From NCBI RefSeq assembly GCF_006345805.1, contig NC_043000.1, forward strand, positions 41,292,001 to 41,356,000: a stretch of 64,000 nt of DNA. The letters are read 5' to 3'. The stretch is from Octopus sinensis. Taxonomy: Eukaryota. Positions within the stretch are counted from its first letter, which is position 1. Each line of letters opens with the position of its first letter. Positions 1-11,949 of this stretch are shown here, one piece after another. Position numbers and translations under genes: made by a program. The notes beneath the pieces were generated by a model. That model was not told where the DNA came from, did no database searches, and worked only from the letters and a program-made list of their open reading frames with translations.

Positions 1-24
1 TCTTTCTACCTGAAACTTTGTGGG

Positions 25-197
25 GAACGAGGTTAGTCTATTACATCGACCCCTGTACTGAAGTTGTACTTGTTTTGCCGACAGCGAAAGCTTGAAATGC
101 AAAGTCGAGCGCGGAAGAATTTTAACTCAGAACGTAAAGACGGACGAAATGCCACTAAGCATTTTCTCCGGCATGCTATTTAGTCAACTCACTGCCT
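25..197 (-). mobile_element. SINE family A (tRNA-derived), decayed copy
   Basis: Reverse complement matches the head and central CATCC...GTCGATAAA..AAGTAC module of the intact copies at 10493 and 53863. Confidence 0.75.

Positions 198-251
<54 letters not shown>
198..251. repeat. (TAG)18 microsatellite
   Basis: Perfect trinucleotide array seen directly. Confidence 0.98.
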
Positions 252-259
252 AAAGAATA

Positions 260-1010
260 ATAAATGCTTCGTCTTATACTTTTCCACTTTTTTCTCTGTC
301 TCCTCTTCACAATATTCTGGTCTTTAGTTTTAGCTATGTCGATGAATGTCCATTCTTTAGACTCTTTCCGTCGGTTATGTTGCAGCTTGTAGGCTGACAC
401 ATCCCACGTGAGTTTGAGTTTCATACGATCATTCTCTGCTACTGGCAATGATTAATGCTCATATCCTTGCTGGAACATTCTAGCCCATATTTCATGCATA
501 ACTACCAGTGTATTCGCAAATTTTTCGAGGCGATTTTTTTGTGTGTGCTTCTTTTGAGACAGTTTTGAGTATCCACTAATTATATGTCTAACTGTCTCAG
601 ATAATTTTTCACATAATCTACACAAAGGTGATACTACTGTCTTGTCAATGCTACACTTGATTGAGTTGGTTCGTAAAGTTTGTTCTTGGGTAGCAAAGGT
701 CAGTCCTTCTGGCTCCTTTAAAAATCCATGAGTTAACTATCTCCAGAATTCTTCATCAGCTTCATTCAATGTTTGCAGGAAAAAAAAATCCTCGTATAGG
801 GTTTTCTCTTTCCAGTTGATGTTCTTTTTTATATTATTCGTCACTTTGTACTCTTGAAAGGCCTCATCATTGCCACTGATAACTTTCTCGTTCAATACAG
901 CCTGCAACATTCTTTCGTCGCTATTTCTCAGTATTTCTAACCTTAACCCTAATTTCTCAGACAGGTATGCAAGGACGTGATCTATTTTTTAACACTATTG
1001 TCTATTCCAA
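260..1010 (-). mobile_element. Degenerate R4/Dong-like non-LTR retrotransposon fragment (CCHC finger + restriction-like endonuclease)
   Basis: Minus-strand translation gives EGLTFATQEQTLRTNSIKCSIDKT..SPLCRLC..ETVRHIISG and KLTWDV..KLQHNR..WTFIDIA..DQNIV, matching R4-clade zinc-knuckle/PD-(D/E)xK motifs. Multiple frameshifts. Confidence 0.75.
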
Positions 1011-1165
1011 CCAATCTTCTTCCACCTTCCTCCCTTCCTAGTACGACGGCAGCTATGCATAGTCATTATTTTCCTAGTTTTTATGGTCATGCAGACAAAC
1101 TCCTCTTTTATCCATTCCACGAAAGAATGTGTGTAAAAAAACAACAATAACCCAACAACAAAGAC

Positions 1166-1219
<54 letters not shown>

Positions 1220-1425
1220 CCTTTCTACTTCGAGCCCAAAGCCTGAAATTTTGAGGAAGCGGGTAGTTGATTATATAGGCCATCGTACTGGAACTGGTAC
1301 TTATTTTATCGATCCCGAAAGGAGGAAAAGTAAAAATCCGACCTCGGCGAAATTCGAACTCAGAAAGTAAAGATCCGTAACTAGATACCGCAATGCATTT
1401 TGTTCGATGTTGTAATGATCCAAGC
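1166..1425 (-). mobile_element. SINE family A with (TTA)n tail
   Basis: (AAT)n at 1166-1219 abuts a reverse-complement SINE A body (GGTACTTATTTTATCGATCCCGAAAGG...GAACTCAGAA). Confidence 0.8.
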
Positions 1426-1477
1426 ACCCCATTGTTCTTCATGTTAATAATAATGGTGATTAGTCGACGCGATGGAA

Positions 1478-1690
1478 GAACCATTAGCCCACCAGTCAAA
1501 ATGCTTAGTGGCATTTCGTCCGTCTTTACGTTCTGCTTTCAAATTCCCTCGATGTTGACTTTGCTTTTCATCCTTTCGGGGTCGATAAAATAAGTACCAA
1601 CTGTGTACAGGAGTCGATTTAATCGACTAGCTCTCTCCCCTGAAATTACTGGCCTTGTGCCAAAATTTAAAGCCAATAATAATAATGATT
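1478..1690 (+). mobile_element. SINE family A copy
   Basis: AATGCTTAGTGGCATTTCGTCCGTCTTTACGTTCTG...CATCCTTTCGGGGTCGATAAAATAAGTACC; (AAT)n-like tail. Confidence 0.8.
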
Positions 1691-2299
1691 TCTAACATAG
1701 GTGCAAGATTATATGTTTCAGGTAGTGGAGATAAATACCAATACATAAATGCTACTGTCACATCGATTAACTTCGAGCACAGGATAGGTCAAAATTTATC
1801 TCTGCAACATTTGAAATAAGAACGTTAACGTTACATGGCTAAAATGGAATGTCTTTTCTTCAGCGACCTACTAATTCTATCATAAAACCGATCTAATAGC
1901 AATCATAAGTATAACTTCTAGCATAACCACAAGGCAAAAAAATTGGAGAGGGAAGGTAGTTGATTAAACCATCCGTATTCCTCTAATACTTTATTTTATC
2001 GACCATGGGAAGAAAACAACATATAAACTGTTAACGTAAAGAACCAGAACAAAAGGCCTTGTGGTATTTTGTCACCTGCGTTTAATAGAAATAAACAAAA
2101 ATATATAATTAAAAATCTAGCTGGAAGGAACAATCGATTCCAATATTCTAACGTGGAAGAATAAAGTACAATGTTAGGGATGGAGTTGAACTTAGAAAGT
2201 AAAGAATAGGAACAAATTAAATACCACAAGGCATTTTGTTCGAAACTCTTATGATTCTTCAAACACAATGTACTTTATCAGAAGTACATTGTGTTGAAA

Positions 2300-2460
2300 C
2301 TGATTCCAGTACTTGCCTGGTATCTTATTTTATCGATGACGGAAAAATGAAAGGCAATGTTTACGCAGACGGGATTTGAGCCTTGGACGTATGGAGTCAA
2401 AACAAACATTGCAGAGCATGCTTTTCCGACACTCTAGCGATTCAGTCAATCCACTGCCTT
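2300..2460 (-). mobile_element. SINE family A, decayed
   Basis: TATCTTATTTTATCGATGACGGAAAAATGAAAGGC...GGGATTTGAGCC resembles reverse-complement SINE A. Confidence 0.6.
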
Positions 2461-2901
2461 TGTCCTCTTACTAAGAACGATAATAATGTTTTTATTATTG
2501 TCACCAGCGCCTATTATGCACACAATAAAAACTAATGCAAAATTAAAAAAAGCCCACATACAAAGGATTTTAGTAATATTGATAATAATGATAAAACGAA
2601 AGTAGAGCACTTCGTAAATGCTTAAGTGTCTTTATCTTTATATGCATGTCTGAAGGATAAACGTTATACTAATCCAGGCATAATCCTTGTATACTCACTG
2701 GCCAATAATAAAGGAATTTAACATCAAGCGACAACATCTGCTCAGCTCATTAATAAAGAGCAATGTAAGTCTATTTATTAAGAGAACATTCTTCTTTTCT
2801 TTATTTTTCATGCTCCCTCTCTCTTTCTTTTTATCTATTCCTGTGTTTTGCTTAACCTCTTAACCACCCTCTCTCTCTTCCGGACCCTGTGTCGCTTTTA
2901 T

Positions 2902-2902
<1 letters not shown>

Positions 2903-2975
<73 letters not shown>

Positions 2976-2992
2976 ACATACACACACACACA
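2903..2992. repeat. (CA)n microsatellite
   Basis: Seen directly. Confidence 0.97.
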
Positions 2993-3388
2993 TTCACTTT
3001 TCTGTTTCTTTCACTAATATCTTCAGGCATTGTCATCAATAATGGCAATTTAATATATTTTATACCCGCACGCTTTTTTTTTTCATACATGGAAGAAAAG
3101 TCTATGCTTGCTTATATATTTATGTATTTGATCTTTTATTGTTTGTTTTGCTCAGATGCTATTGTCCCGTTGTAATTCCTTTAATGACCATTTTATATCG
3201 CACTATTACACACACACGCACGCGCACGCACACACACAAATACGTACACGCAAAAAAATTGAATCAAGAATTCCCTTACATACATACACACATACATACA
3301 CACACGTAGCACGCGCGCACACATACATGCATACATACATATATTTACTTTCAAGAATACATATAGCACTCGGTATATGTTGTGAACA

Positions 3389-3454
<66 letters not shown>

Positions 3455-4683
3455 CAAGGAGTGTTCATTAAGGATTTCCCCTAACCTCCTTCCGGTTATT
3501 GTAGGAAACGGAACTTGTACAGTTATAATCATACATGTCTCTACATGTCACATTGTAAATTTCAGCTTCCCACTAGTATTCGTTTGTCTTTTACGGCTGC
3601 TGGAGTCGTTATAATGGAGGCATTTGAATGCAGATCAGTGAGCAGGTTCTTATACTTCAAAGGTCGTACACCAAAAGAGACTTTCGGTGAGAGGATAGAA
3701 GTTTATGGTGACGATGCACCATCATATGACGTAGCCAAGCACTGGCATTGCAAGTTCAAATGTGCTCGGACATCGAGGGAAACTTCTCCTATTCCTGGAT
3801 GACTACATTCTGCCATTGATGACGACACCGTCCATAAAGTGGAAGCCGCCATTTTGAAGTATCACCACATAACTATTCGGCAACTAGCCCAAATAGTGAA
3901 GATAAGTGTAGGGTCCATGGAAAGAGTTATTCACGACCATTTGCACATGCGGAAGTCGTCTGCATGATGGATTCAGAAGCAAGAACGAGTCAATTGCTCT
4001 CAGGCTCTTTTGACAATGTGTCAAGAAAACGAGGAAAACTTTTCCGGCAGACTTATCACAAAGGATTAAACATAGGTCCATCACTATAATCCTGAGATTA
4101 AAGTCCAACCGAAGCAATGGAAGCATGATAACTTCCAAAGAAGGCAAGGTGATGCTCAGTTTTTTGAGACCAACACGGAGTAGTGATGATGGATTTTCTG
4201 GCAAAGGGTACCACAATTAACGGAACATATTATGCTTCTCTGCTGCAGAAATTACAGGACGCCATCAAAGCAGAGAGTGGTGGCATGCTGATCAAAGAAG
4301 TCCGTCTCCCCTAAGACAACGCCCCGGTTCACAATGCACATATTGCTCAGATGAAAGCATACTCCTACGGCTATGAAACCTTTCCTCATCCCTCTTACTC
4401 TCCCAACTGTGCACCATCTGACTTCCAGCTCGTTCAAACCATGAAGACTTTTTTGAAGGAGAAGCACTTTTTGGATGATGATGGACTTATTTCCGAGGTA
4501 AAATCTTGGCTCCAGACGCAAATTACCGACTTCTACCGACAAGGTCATCACAAGTGGATAAAGCGATGGCAGAAGTATGTCACCATTGGCGGTGGCAAGA
4601 GAAGGACTAATAATTATATCAAGTTTCGTTTATCCCAGTCCTTGGGAAGTGGGTCAAGTGAAATCTTTAATGAACACTTCTCG
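3455..4683 (+). mobile_element. Full-length mariner (irritans/Himar-like) with inactivated transposase, inserted in (TATC)n
   Basis: TIRs CAAGGAGTGTTCATTAAGGATTTC / GAAATCTTTAATGAACACTTCTCG with TA on both sides. Transposase pieces MEAFECRSVSRFLYFKGRTPKE, DNAPVH and HPSYSPNCAPSDF are split by stops and frameshifts. (TATC)n on both flanks. Confidence 0.93.
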
Positions 4684-4718
<35 letters not shown>

Positions 4719-4761
4719 ATCTATCTATCTATCTATCTATATATCTATCTACCAATCTAAA

Positions 4762-4793
<32 letters not shown>

Positions 4794-4829
4794 GCAGTCA
4801 GACTTGCTACAGTAGAGAAACAGACACTC

Positions 4830-5470
4830 TTGCTAGAATTATGAAAATATATCCATTTTTATCACCATTTACAAATCGATGCCAAAAATGACATATCGAA
4901 ACTTTGCCAGCTGCTATTTACAAACATTCATACGTCATTGAGTCTCGGCATTAGTCTGTTCACGAGAAGCTTCTCAACCACATCAGTTCACAAGGCCGAG
5001 ATAATGTTGATATCAATTTATTTTGCATTGTGAAACACTATCGACAAAGTTCGAATGTTTGGTGCATGACTGTCGTTCAACCATTTCAAGCAACACCTCT
5101 TCTTCCACCTACAGTAGCTTTCTCTAAGGCTGATGTCACTTACCTTGAAACGTGTGAACCAATTTTGTGGCACACGTTCGTCAAGTTCCGCACATGAAAT
5201 TGCCCATAATGTCTCAACACCCACTGGCTATATGATCAAGCACAAACTTACGGGACTTGATGGGCCACACGTGTTGCCTTAACCCTACCTACACTCAAGA
5301 CCTTATACCATCAGATTACCAGCTTTTCCAATCCATGGCTCATTTCTGCACGGATCACATTGAGAACGCTTGCAAGAGATATTTTCGCATCTGTACCATC
5401 CAAATGGTATACGCGTGGAAGTGAGCTTCTGATACAATGATGGTAACAGACAATATGGTGGGGTATATTT
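4830..5470. mobile_element. Rearranged mariner relic (N-terminal half on minus, C-terminal half on plus)
   Basis: Minus 5224->4830: ERVPQNWFTRFK..D.SL and RFVNGDK. Plus from ~5225: HPTYTQDLIPSDYQLFQSMAH...GVYFDE*. Confidence 0.7.
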
Positions 5471-5982
5471 TGATGAATAAATGCCTTTCGTTTATAATTT
5501 GCTTGGACTATTAATTTAAACTTGATATGCGAAAATAATTTCGACTCAACTTGGTGTGTATATGTGTGTGCGTGCGTGTGTGTGTATGTGTGCGCATGTC
5601 TATATGCGTGCATATGTGTGTGTCTGCGCGTGTGTGTGCTTCTGTATGCGTGCGTGTATATGTGTTTACGTGTGTGTGTGCGTGTGTGTGCGCGCATGCA
5701 TGTTTGTGTGTAAAGAAGTTGTGTAAAGAAGTTGAACTTAGATCTAGATTCCAATGTAGCAGGTGAGACGCCAATCTCACATCTCAGAAAATACATTAAT
5801 ACATTGCTTGATATATCCTACAGATTATGACTGTTACGTAATGTTATCACTGCTTCCTACCATTTACTTTCTGACCCTTGCGTTTAAAAAGCAACAAATT
5901 CATCACTGGTTGCCCTATTATCCCTCCCCCACAAAAATATATACATCTCTCTTCCTCTCTCTCTCTCTCTCTCCCTCTCCCC

Positions 5983-6015
<33 letters not shown>

Positions 6016-6027
6016 TATATATATATA

Positions 6028-6307
6028 AGAAGTCACTTGACCCTGTTATCTCCCCTATTATCCCTCTAGCGTCTAACGTCTGACCTCTGAAATCAGAACG
6101 CCATGTTGGATCGTTAGCCCCTACACGCATTTTTTTCTCTCCTTGTTTCTCTCCTTGTTTCTTTTCTGTGTATCTTTCTGTCGAAGATCATAGGCTCGAA
6201 ACGTAAAAGACTTGTTTTATTTCTATTCCTGAGCGCCATACTAATACAATTGTTTGTTTGTACTCCACCTGCCTTCGTCTTTTGTTTATTTTCGTAAACC
6301 TTCCCGT

Positions 6308-6308
<1 letters not shown>
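6028..6308 (+). mobile_element. Penelope-like 3'/pseudo-LTR fragment flanked by (AT)n
   Basis: Non-coding, contains a hammerhead-like motif, ends TTTTCGTAAACCTTCCCG then (AT)n. The same terminus recurs at 44540-44590. Confidence 0.55.
6173..6210 (+). ncRNA. Minimal type I hammerhead ribozyme motif (A6 mutated)
   Basis: TCTTT-CTGTCGA-A-GATC atag GCTC-GAA-ACGT-A-AAAGA. 5-bp stem I, palindromic ACGT stem III, GUA site; core reads CTGTCGA instead of CTGANGA. Confidence 0.65.
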
Positions 6309-6360
<52 letters not shown>

Positions 6361-6362
<2 letters not shown>

Positions 6363-8830
6363 GATCCGAACATGAAATCAGCAATATATGATTACTCTGC
6401 GTCGAGGGCCTTTGGAGCGGATTGACTTTCCAAGGAGGACTGGATCGAAGCCAATGCATCAATACTAATGCCATTACTTGAGAAAAAGCACAAGATATTT
6501 ATAAAACACAATAGAAAGCCAACTTTCTAAAGTACTAAACAACAGCTACGTGCTGCAAAATCCAGCCTTCAAATAGAAACTAGAAAATGTGCCAACCAGT
6601 AAGTGGTTAAATAAGGCTTAGAAATTCAATAGGCGAGATATATGGGTAACATAAGGAAAATGTATGAGAAGATTAGAGTTGCTTATTTCTTTACTGCCCA
6701 CAAGGGGTTACACACAGAGAGGACAAACAAGGATAGACAAACGGATTAAGTCGATTATCTCGACCCCAGTGCGTAGCTGGTACTTAATTTATCGATCCCG
6801 AAAGGATGAAAGGCAAAGTCGACCTCGGCGGAATTTGAACATAGAACGTAGCGGCAGACGAAATACCGCTAGGCATTCCGCCCGGCGTGCTAATGATTCT
6901 GCCAGCTCGCCGCCTTAGATTAGAGTTGCTATCGGACCAACAGTGAGTAAAGTTGCACCTCTCAAGTCTGCAACAGGTGACCAGTTGACGGACAAGAAGA
7001 AACAAATGGAAAGATCGGTGGAACATTACTCTAAATTGCACACAAAGGAGCGAGATGTTGATAGACAGCTTGATGAATCCATTCCTCAGTTCCCCGAAAT
7101 GACAGAACTTAATATACCACCAACGGAAGAACTCTCCAATGCAATCGATGGACTTGCAAGCGGAAAAGCACCCGGAAATGACAATATACCTGCTAAAGCG
7201 TTGAAAGAGAACAAAGATGCCCTCCTTCCACATTTATACAAGTTACTAAAGACGTGTTGGCTGGAAGTAAAAATTCCACAGGATATGAGAGATCCCAAGA
7301 TCATCACTCTCTACAAAAATAAAGGGGAAAAGGGAGATTCCAATAACTACAGATGCATCTCACTGCTGAGCATCACTGGAAAAGCTTTTGCGAGGATCAT
7401 TATGAAACGACTTCAGAAGCTAGCAGAAAGAGTACTACCAGAGAGCCAGCGCGGTTTTAGATCTAACCGCTCAACTATGGATATGATCTCCATTCGTCAA
7501 CTACAAGAAAAATGCCGGAGCATCAATTACCAGTATATATAGCATTTATCGATCTGACAAAGGCATTTGATACAATTAACAGATCAGGACTGTACATGGT
7601 GCTTGGAAAATGTGACTGCCCCCCAATACTGCTGCAGCTCATTGTTTCGTTCCATGATGACATGAAGGCTACCATTCAGTTTGACGGTTTAATATCAGAT
7701 AGCTTCAACATCAACAGCGGAGTAAAACAAGGTTGTGTCTTAGCACCAATCCTTTTCAGCATTTACTTTGCTGTATTGCTGCAGTATGCATTTCAAGAGT
7801 CACCGGGAGATGTCTCCTTTTGTTGGAGAACTGATGGGTCCCTCTTTGATCTTTCTACACTTCGGGACAAGACCAAGAGCAATAGAGCAGCAATAAGAGA
7901 CTTTCTCTTCGCCAACGATGCGGCGCTTGTTGCTCACAGTGAATTAACTCTATAAATAATGATGGACCACCTATCATCAGCATGCAAGGCCTTCGGTTTG
8001 GTCATCAGTGTAAAGAAGACTGTCATTTTCACTCAGGAGGGCACAGTGAAAGGCCATATCAACCTTGATGACAAAGACAGTGGACAGGTTCTGCTATCTA
8101 GGGTCTACCATTTCCTCTAATACTTCACTTGATGGGGTTAACGTCAGGACAGGGAAGGCAGCAACAACTTTTGGAAGGCTGACAAAGCGAGTATGGAAGA
8201 ACAAGAGATTAGAGATCAAGACAAAGATTGGGATTTATGAAGCAAGTGTTCTCAACACACTCCTCTATGTATCTGACGCATGGACCTTGTACAGCAGACA
8301 GGAAAGATGCCTCTGCAAGATCTTAGGCTTAATATGGCGCGACAAGGTCACCAATGTTGAAGTACTGGCCCAGTCGAATCTTCAAAGCATGACAGCTATC
8401 TTGTGTATGAGAAGACTGAGGTGGTTGGGACATGTCAAGGGAATGGATGACCATCAAATCCCGAAGCAATTGCTCTATAGAGAACTGGACCAGGGCAAGA
8501 GACTAAGAAGAAGACCAAAACTGAGGTATAAGGACACTTGCAAAACTAGTTTGTCCAAGTGTAAGGTGGATGTCGGCACCTGGGAAGAGAAGGCTGAGGA
8601 CAGAATAACAAGGAGGACTGTGGTGAAGGAAGGATCTGCTTCACTAAAGAGCAGCGGCAGAAACAAACAAGTTGAGAAGCGTCGGCGGCGAAAGGAAAAC
8701 AACAGAAATGCAGAGCGCCGAGCCACCCTCTTGGTATGCAAGTAATGTGACAGAAGCTGCGCTTTTATCATAGGAAGAATCAGCCATGAAAGAAGCTGGA
8801 AGGAAAGAAGCCCCTGGTATATTCGATTAA
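6361..8830 (+). mobile_element. RTE (BovB-like) LINE, 5'-truncated, broken ORF2 reverse transcriptase
   Basis: ORFs 6943-7542, 7512-7955 and 8065-8745 contain KAPGNDNIP, NYRCISLLSITGKAFAR, AFIDLTKAFD, GVKQGCVLAP, FLFAND, FCYLGS and RRLRWLGHV. Frameshifts and stops; interrupted by a SINE. Confidence 0.93.
6684..6916 (-). mobile_element. SINE family A, full length, with 14-bp target-site duplication
   Basis: AGATTAGAGTTGCT at 6670-6683 and 6917-6930 flanks the insertion inside the RTE ORF. Confidence 0.95.
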
Positions 8831-8899
8831 GTGACCTTTAAGCTAAATTGACCGTCTGCATAGACAAAAAGGGCCAATTATTTTATATATATATGGGCC

Positions 8900-8940
<41 letters not shown>

Positions 8941-8942
<2 letters not shown>

Positions 8943-9101
8943 CGTAGAAGTAGCTGTGTGGTAAGTAGCTTGTTTACCACCACGTGGTTCCGGGTTCAGT
9001 CCCACTGCGTGGCACCTTGGGCAAGTGTTTTCTACTATGACCTCGGCTCGACCAAACCCTTGTGAGTGGATTTGGTAAACGGAAACTGAAAGAATCCCGT
9101 C

Positions 9102-9170
<69 letters not shown>

Positions 9171-9392
9171 TGTGTGTGTATGCTTGTGTGTCTGTGTTTG
9201 TCTCCCCAACATCGGTTGATAACCAATGCTGGTATGTTTACGTCGTCGTCACTTAGCGGTTCGGCAAAAGAGACCGATAGAATAAGTACTAGGCTTACAA
9301 AAAATAAGTACTGGGGTCGATTTGCTCGATTAAAGTCGGTGCTCCAGCATGGCCACAGGCAAATGACTGAAACAAGTAAAAAGAGTAAAAGG
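8941..9392 (+). mobile_element. SINE family B (tRNA head, CORE-like CCTTGGGCAAGT box, internal (AT)n(GT)n)
   Basis: A box GTGTGGTAAG, B box GGGTTCAGTCCC, GGCACCTTGGGCAAGTG, internal microsatellite, 3' GGTGCTCCAGCATGGCC...GAAACAAGTAAAAGAG tail. Confidence 0.92.
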
Positions 9393-9996
9393 AGTATATA
9401 CACACATACACATACATACACACATATATATATACATACGTACGCATATATATTCATATACACACGCGCACACACTTACATGCAGATACATGTATTCATT
9501 TTTTAAGTTTTACTTCTAATTTTCTTTCTTAATATATCTTTTTGTTTACAATTTTTCAGGTTCTAAGTCCTTTGAATTCAAAAAATGATGTAACACAAAC
9601 CTTAATACATCTCAATATCTACCTTAAATTTCGAGTACTCTTTACCACTTAATATGGTAAGCATTTCATAGTGTACTACTGCATAATAGATAATGCGGTC
9701 TCTCAGCAAGTAGAAAATACTAGTTTCCTTTTCTATCTCAAACTGGTATTTATTGTGTTATACTTTTACTGTTTCAGTCATTGGAATGCGACCTTTATGG
9801 GTTTTAATAAATTATATCGACTCCAGTACTTATTTACCTTACTTTCGACATCAGTTTATCAAATGATCAAATTGTTGGGCTCTTCGGGTCCTATACCGAT
9901 AGAAGCAGCGAGAGTCTTCTAAAAGTCGACAAAGTCCGGGAAAATTGCAAGAAATAAATACTTAGCCATAGACACAGACAAATACAATATACTTAC

Positions 9997-10023
9997 GTCT
10001 ACCAATTTTCTTTTACAAGTCAA
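9997..10023 (-). other. Candidate 27-nt micro-exon (LTCKRKLVD)
   Basis: Minus strand: TTTCTTTTTTACCGTATTCTACAG | TTGACTTGTAAAAGAAAATTGGTAGAC | GTAAGT. Only phase 0 is open. No transcript evidence. Confidence 0.3.
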
Positions 10024-10492
10024 CTGTAGAATACGGTAAAAAAGAAACTTCAGTGCCGTAGTACCACGCACTAGGACCGACATCGAATACCCTTTGCTCC
10101 AAACTAAACCGCTCAATCAGACATACGTTCTTATAACGGAGTCATTATATTATTTAAGCTAAACTTCATAGTGAATATGTATTTCAAACCAACAATCATA
10201 GTAAAAAATGCATAAAATTACGCAGGGAGATGATGTATATTAATGCAGTCCCTATTCTGTATTATACATGTTATCATGCAAATATGAATCATTGAATTTG
10301 TAATCAATATTCTAGGAAAACAAATACATGGGGGCAATGTTGTGTAGGAAAGTATCTTGTTTTAGTCATCTTCCTTTAAATCTTAAGGTCTTGCAACTTT
10401 TTATAGTCCTAGATATCGTGATCATTTGTAGCATATGAATTAAGGATTTGCTTTCTCTCTCCAAAATCCTAAGTTCGGTTATACTTTGATCT

Positions 10493-10724
10493 AGGCGGCG
10501 AGCTGGCAGAAACGTTAGCACGCCGGGCGAAATGCGTAGCCGTATTTCGTCTGCCGTTACGTTCTGAGTTCAAATTCCGTCGAGGTCGATTTTGCCATTC
10601 ATCCTTTCGGGGTCGATAAATTAAGTACCAGCTACGCACTGGGGTCGATATAATCGACTTAATCCGTTTGTCTATCCTTGTTTATCCCCTCTGTGTTTAT
10701 CCCCTTATGGCTAGTAAAGAAATA
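10493..10724 (+). mobile_element. SINE family A, full length
   Basis: GGCGGCGAGCTGGCAGAAACGTTAG head, GAGTTCAAATTCC B box, CATCCTTTCGGGGTCGATAAATTAAGTACC core (resembles the Meta-SINE domain, from memory). Confidence 0.93.
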
Positions 10725-11133
10725 TATACTTCGCTCTAGACGGATTGGTATGTATCCTGTTGTTCCAATATTAATAGGTGTGAAGCTGTAAGTGTATCTT
10801 GGATACTGGATTTGCAAACTCCTTATCAATGATTCATAGATGTCCCCTTTCTCTTATGAATTTGAGTATGCATATAGGAATGTATTATTTTCTGAGCACA
10901 TATATTGACAGTAGAAATGAAGATAGAAAGAAAACGGCGGATCGCTCATGAGAATGACTATGACAAAGATGATGACGATAACCATCATTATCATTGTGAT
11001 CATGATGACTATATAGAAGAGACGTGGAAAGATGAAGAATGGAAATATGAGGAGAGATATAAGTGCGGCGTTGGCTTTGAAACTATCTCATAATTACATC
11101 ACTATTATTAAATGGCTGCACACTGACCTAAGA

Positions 11134-11818
11134 TGACATCTATGTTTAGCATATAGGGTGTCCAGTCTAGTGGTCTTACCTCTAAATTTTGTATGTAACA
11201 CAATATTTAATCTTCGGATTTTAAAAAAAATATGGTAAGCCACTGGTTTTAATTGATTAATATCAATTTCTACCCTTATTATTTAATTTTAAATAAAAAA
11301 TGTTCTCTAACCGGTAAATTGGTTGCTGTAATTTATTAACTGCAGAGTAATTTCCGACCTCCACGCGCCAAAGTGAAGGCATTTGAAAAATACACCCAAA
11401 TATAATTTGTAGAAGTTTATACATGCTCGATTTCGATTGAGCGTTTTGTATTTAGTTCTGGGAATTGTGTTTTGTAAGCGACAGACTATGCTGATGATCT
11501 TGCAGATATTTGCGGGTTCATATACGTAAATATTAACAAGTGAAACCATGGTATGTAGGTAATCGTTTTTTATTTCGTATATTTTCATTTGTCTTGCTTA
11601 TTTTTACATTTTGGCGTTTTGCTGAAATTTTTTCTTGAGAACATATTCCTCGTGGTAATGACGATTTGACGTCTATTTTTAGCATATAGGGTGTCCACTC
11701 TATTGGTCATTCCTCTAAATTTTGCATGTAACACAATTTTTAATCTTCGGATTTTTAAAATATGCTAAGCCACTGGTTTTAATTGATTAATATCAATTTC
11801 TACCCTTATTATTTAATT
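11134..11818 (+). mobile_element. Non-coding hammerhead-containing element with ~153-bp terminal direct repeats (533-bp period)
   Basis: 11134-11288 is repeated at 11667-11818; hammerhead lies in the unique middle; followed by (AT)n. Confidence 0.7.
11486..11558 (+). ncRNA. Type I hammerhead ribozyme motif, canonical core, extended stem II
   Basis: CTATG-CTGATGA-T CTTG..ATATTTGCG[loop]CGTAAATAT..CAAG T-GAA-ACCATGGT-A-TGTAG. Palindromic stem III and GUA site. Confidence 0.75.
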
Positions 11819-11918
11819 ATATATACATACATATATATATATATTATATATATATATATATATACTGCACACACACACAAACACGCACGCACACACACAC
11901 ACACCACACACATACACA

Positions 11919-11949
<31 letters not shown>

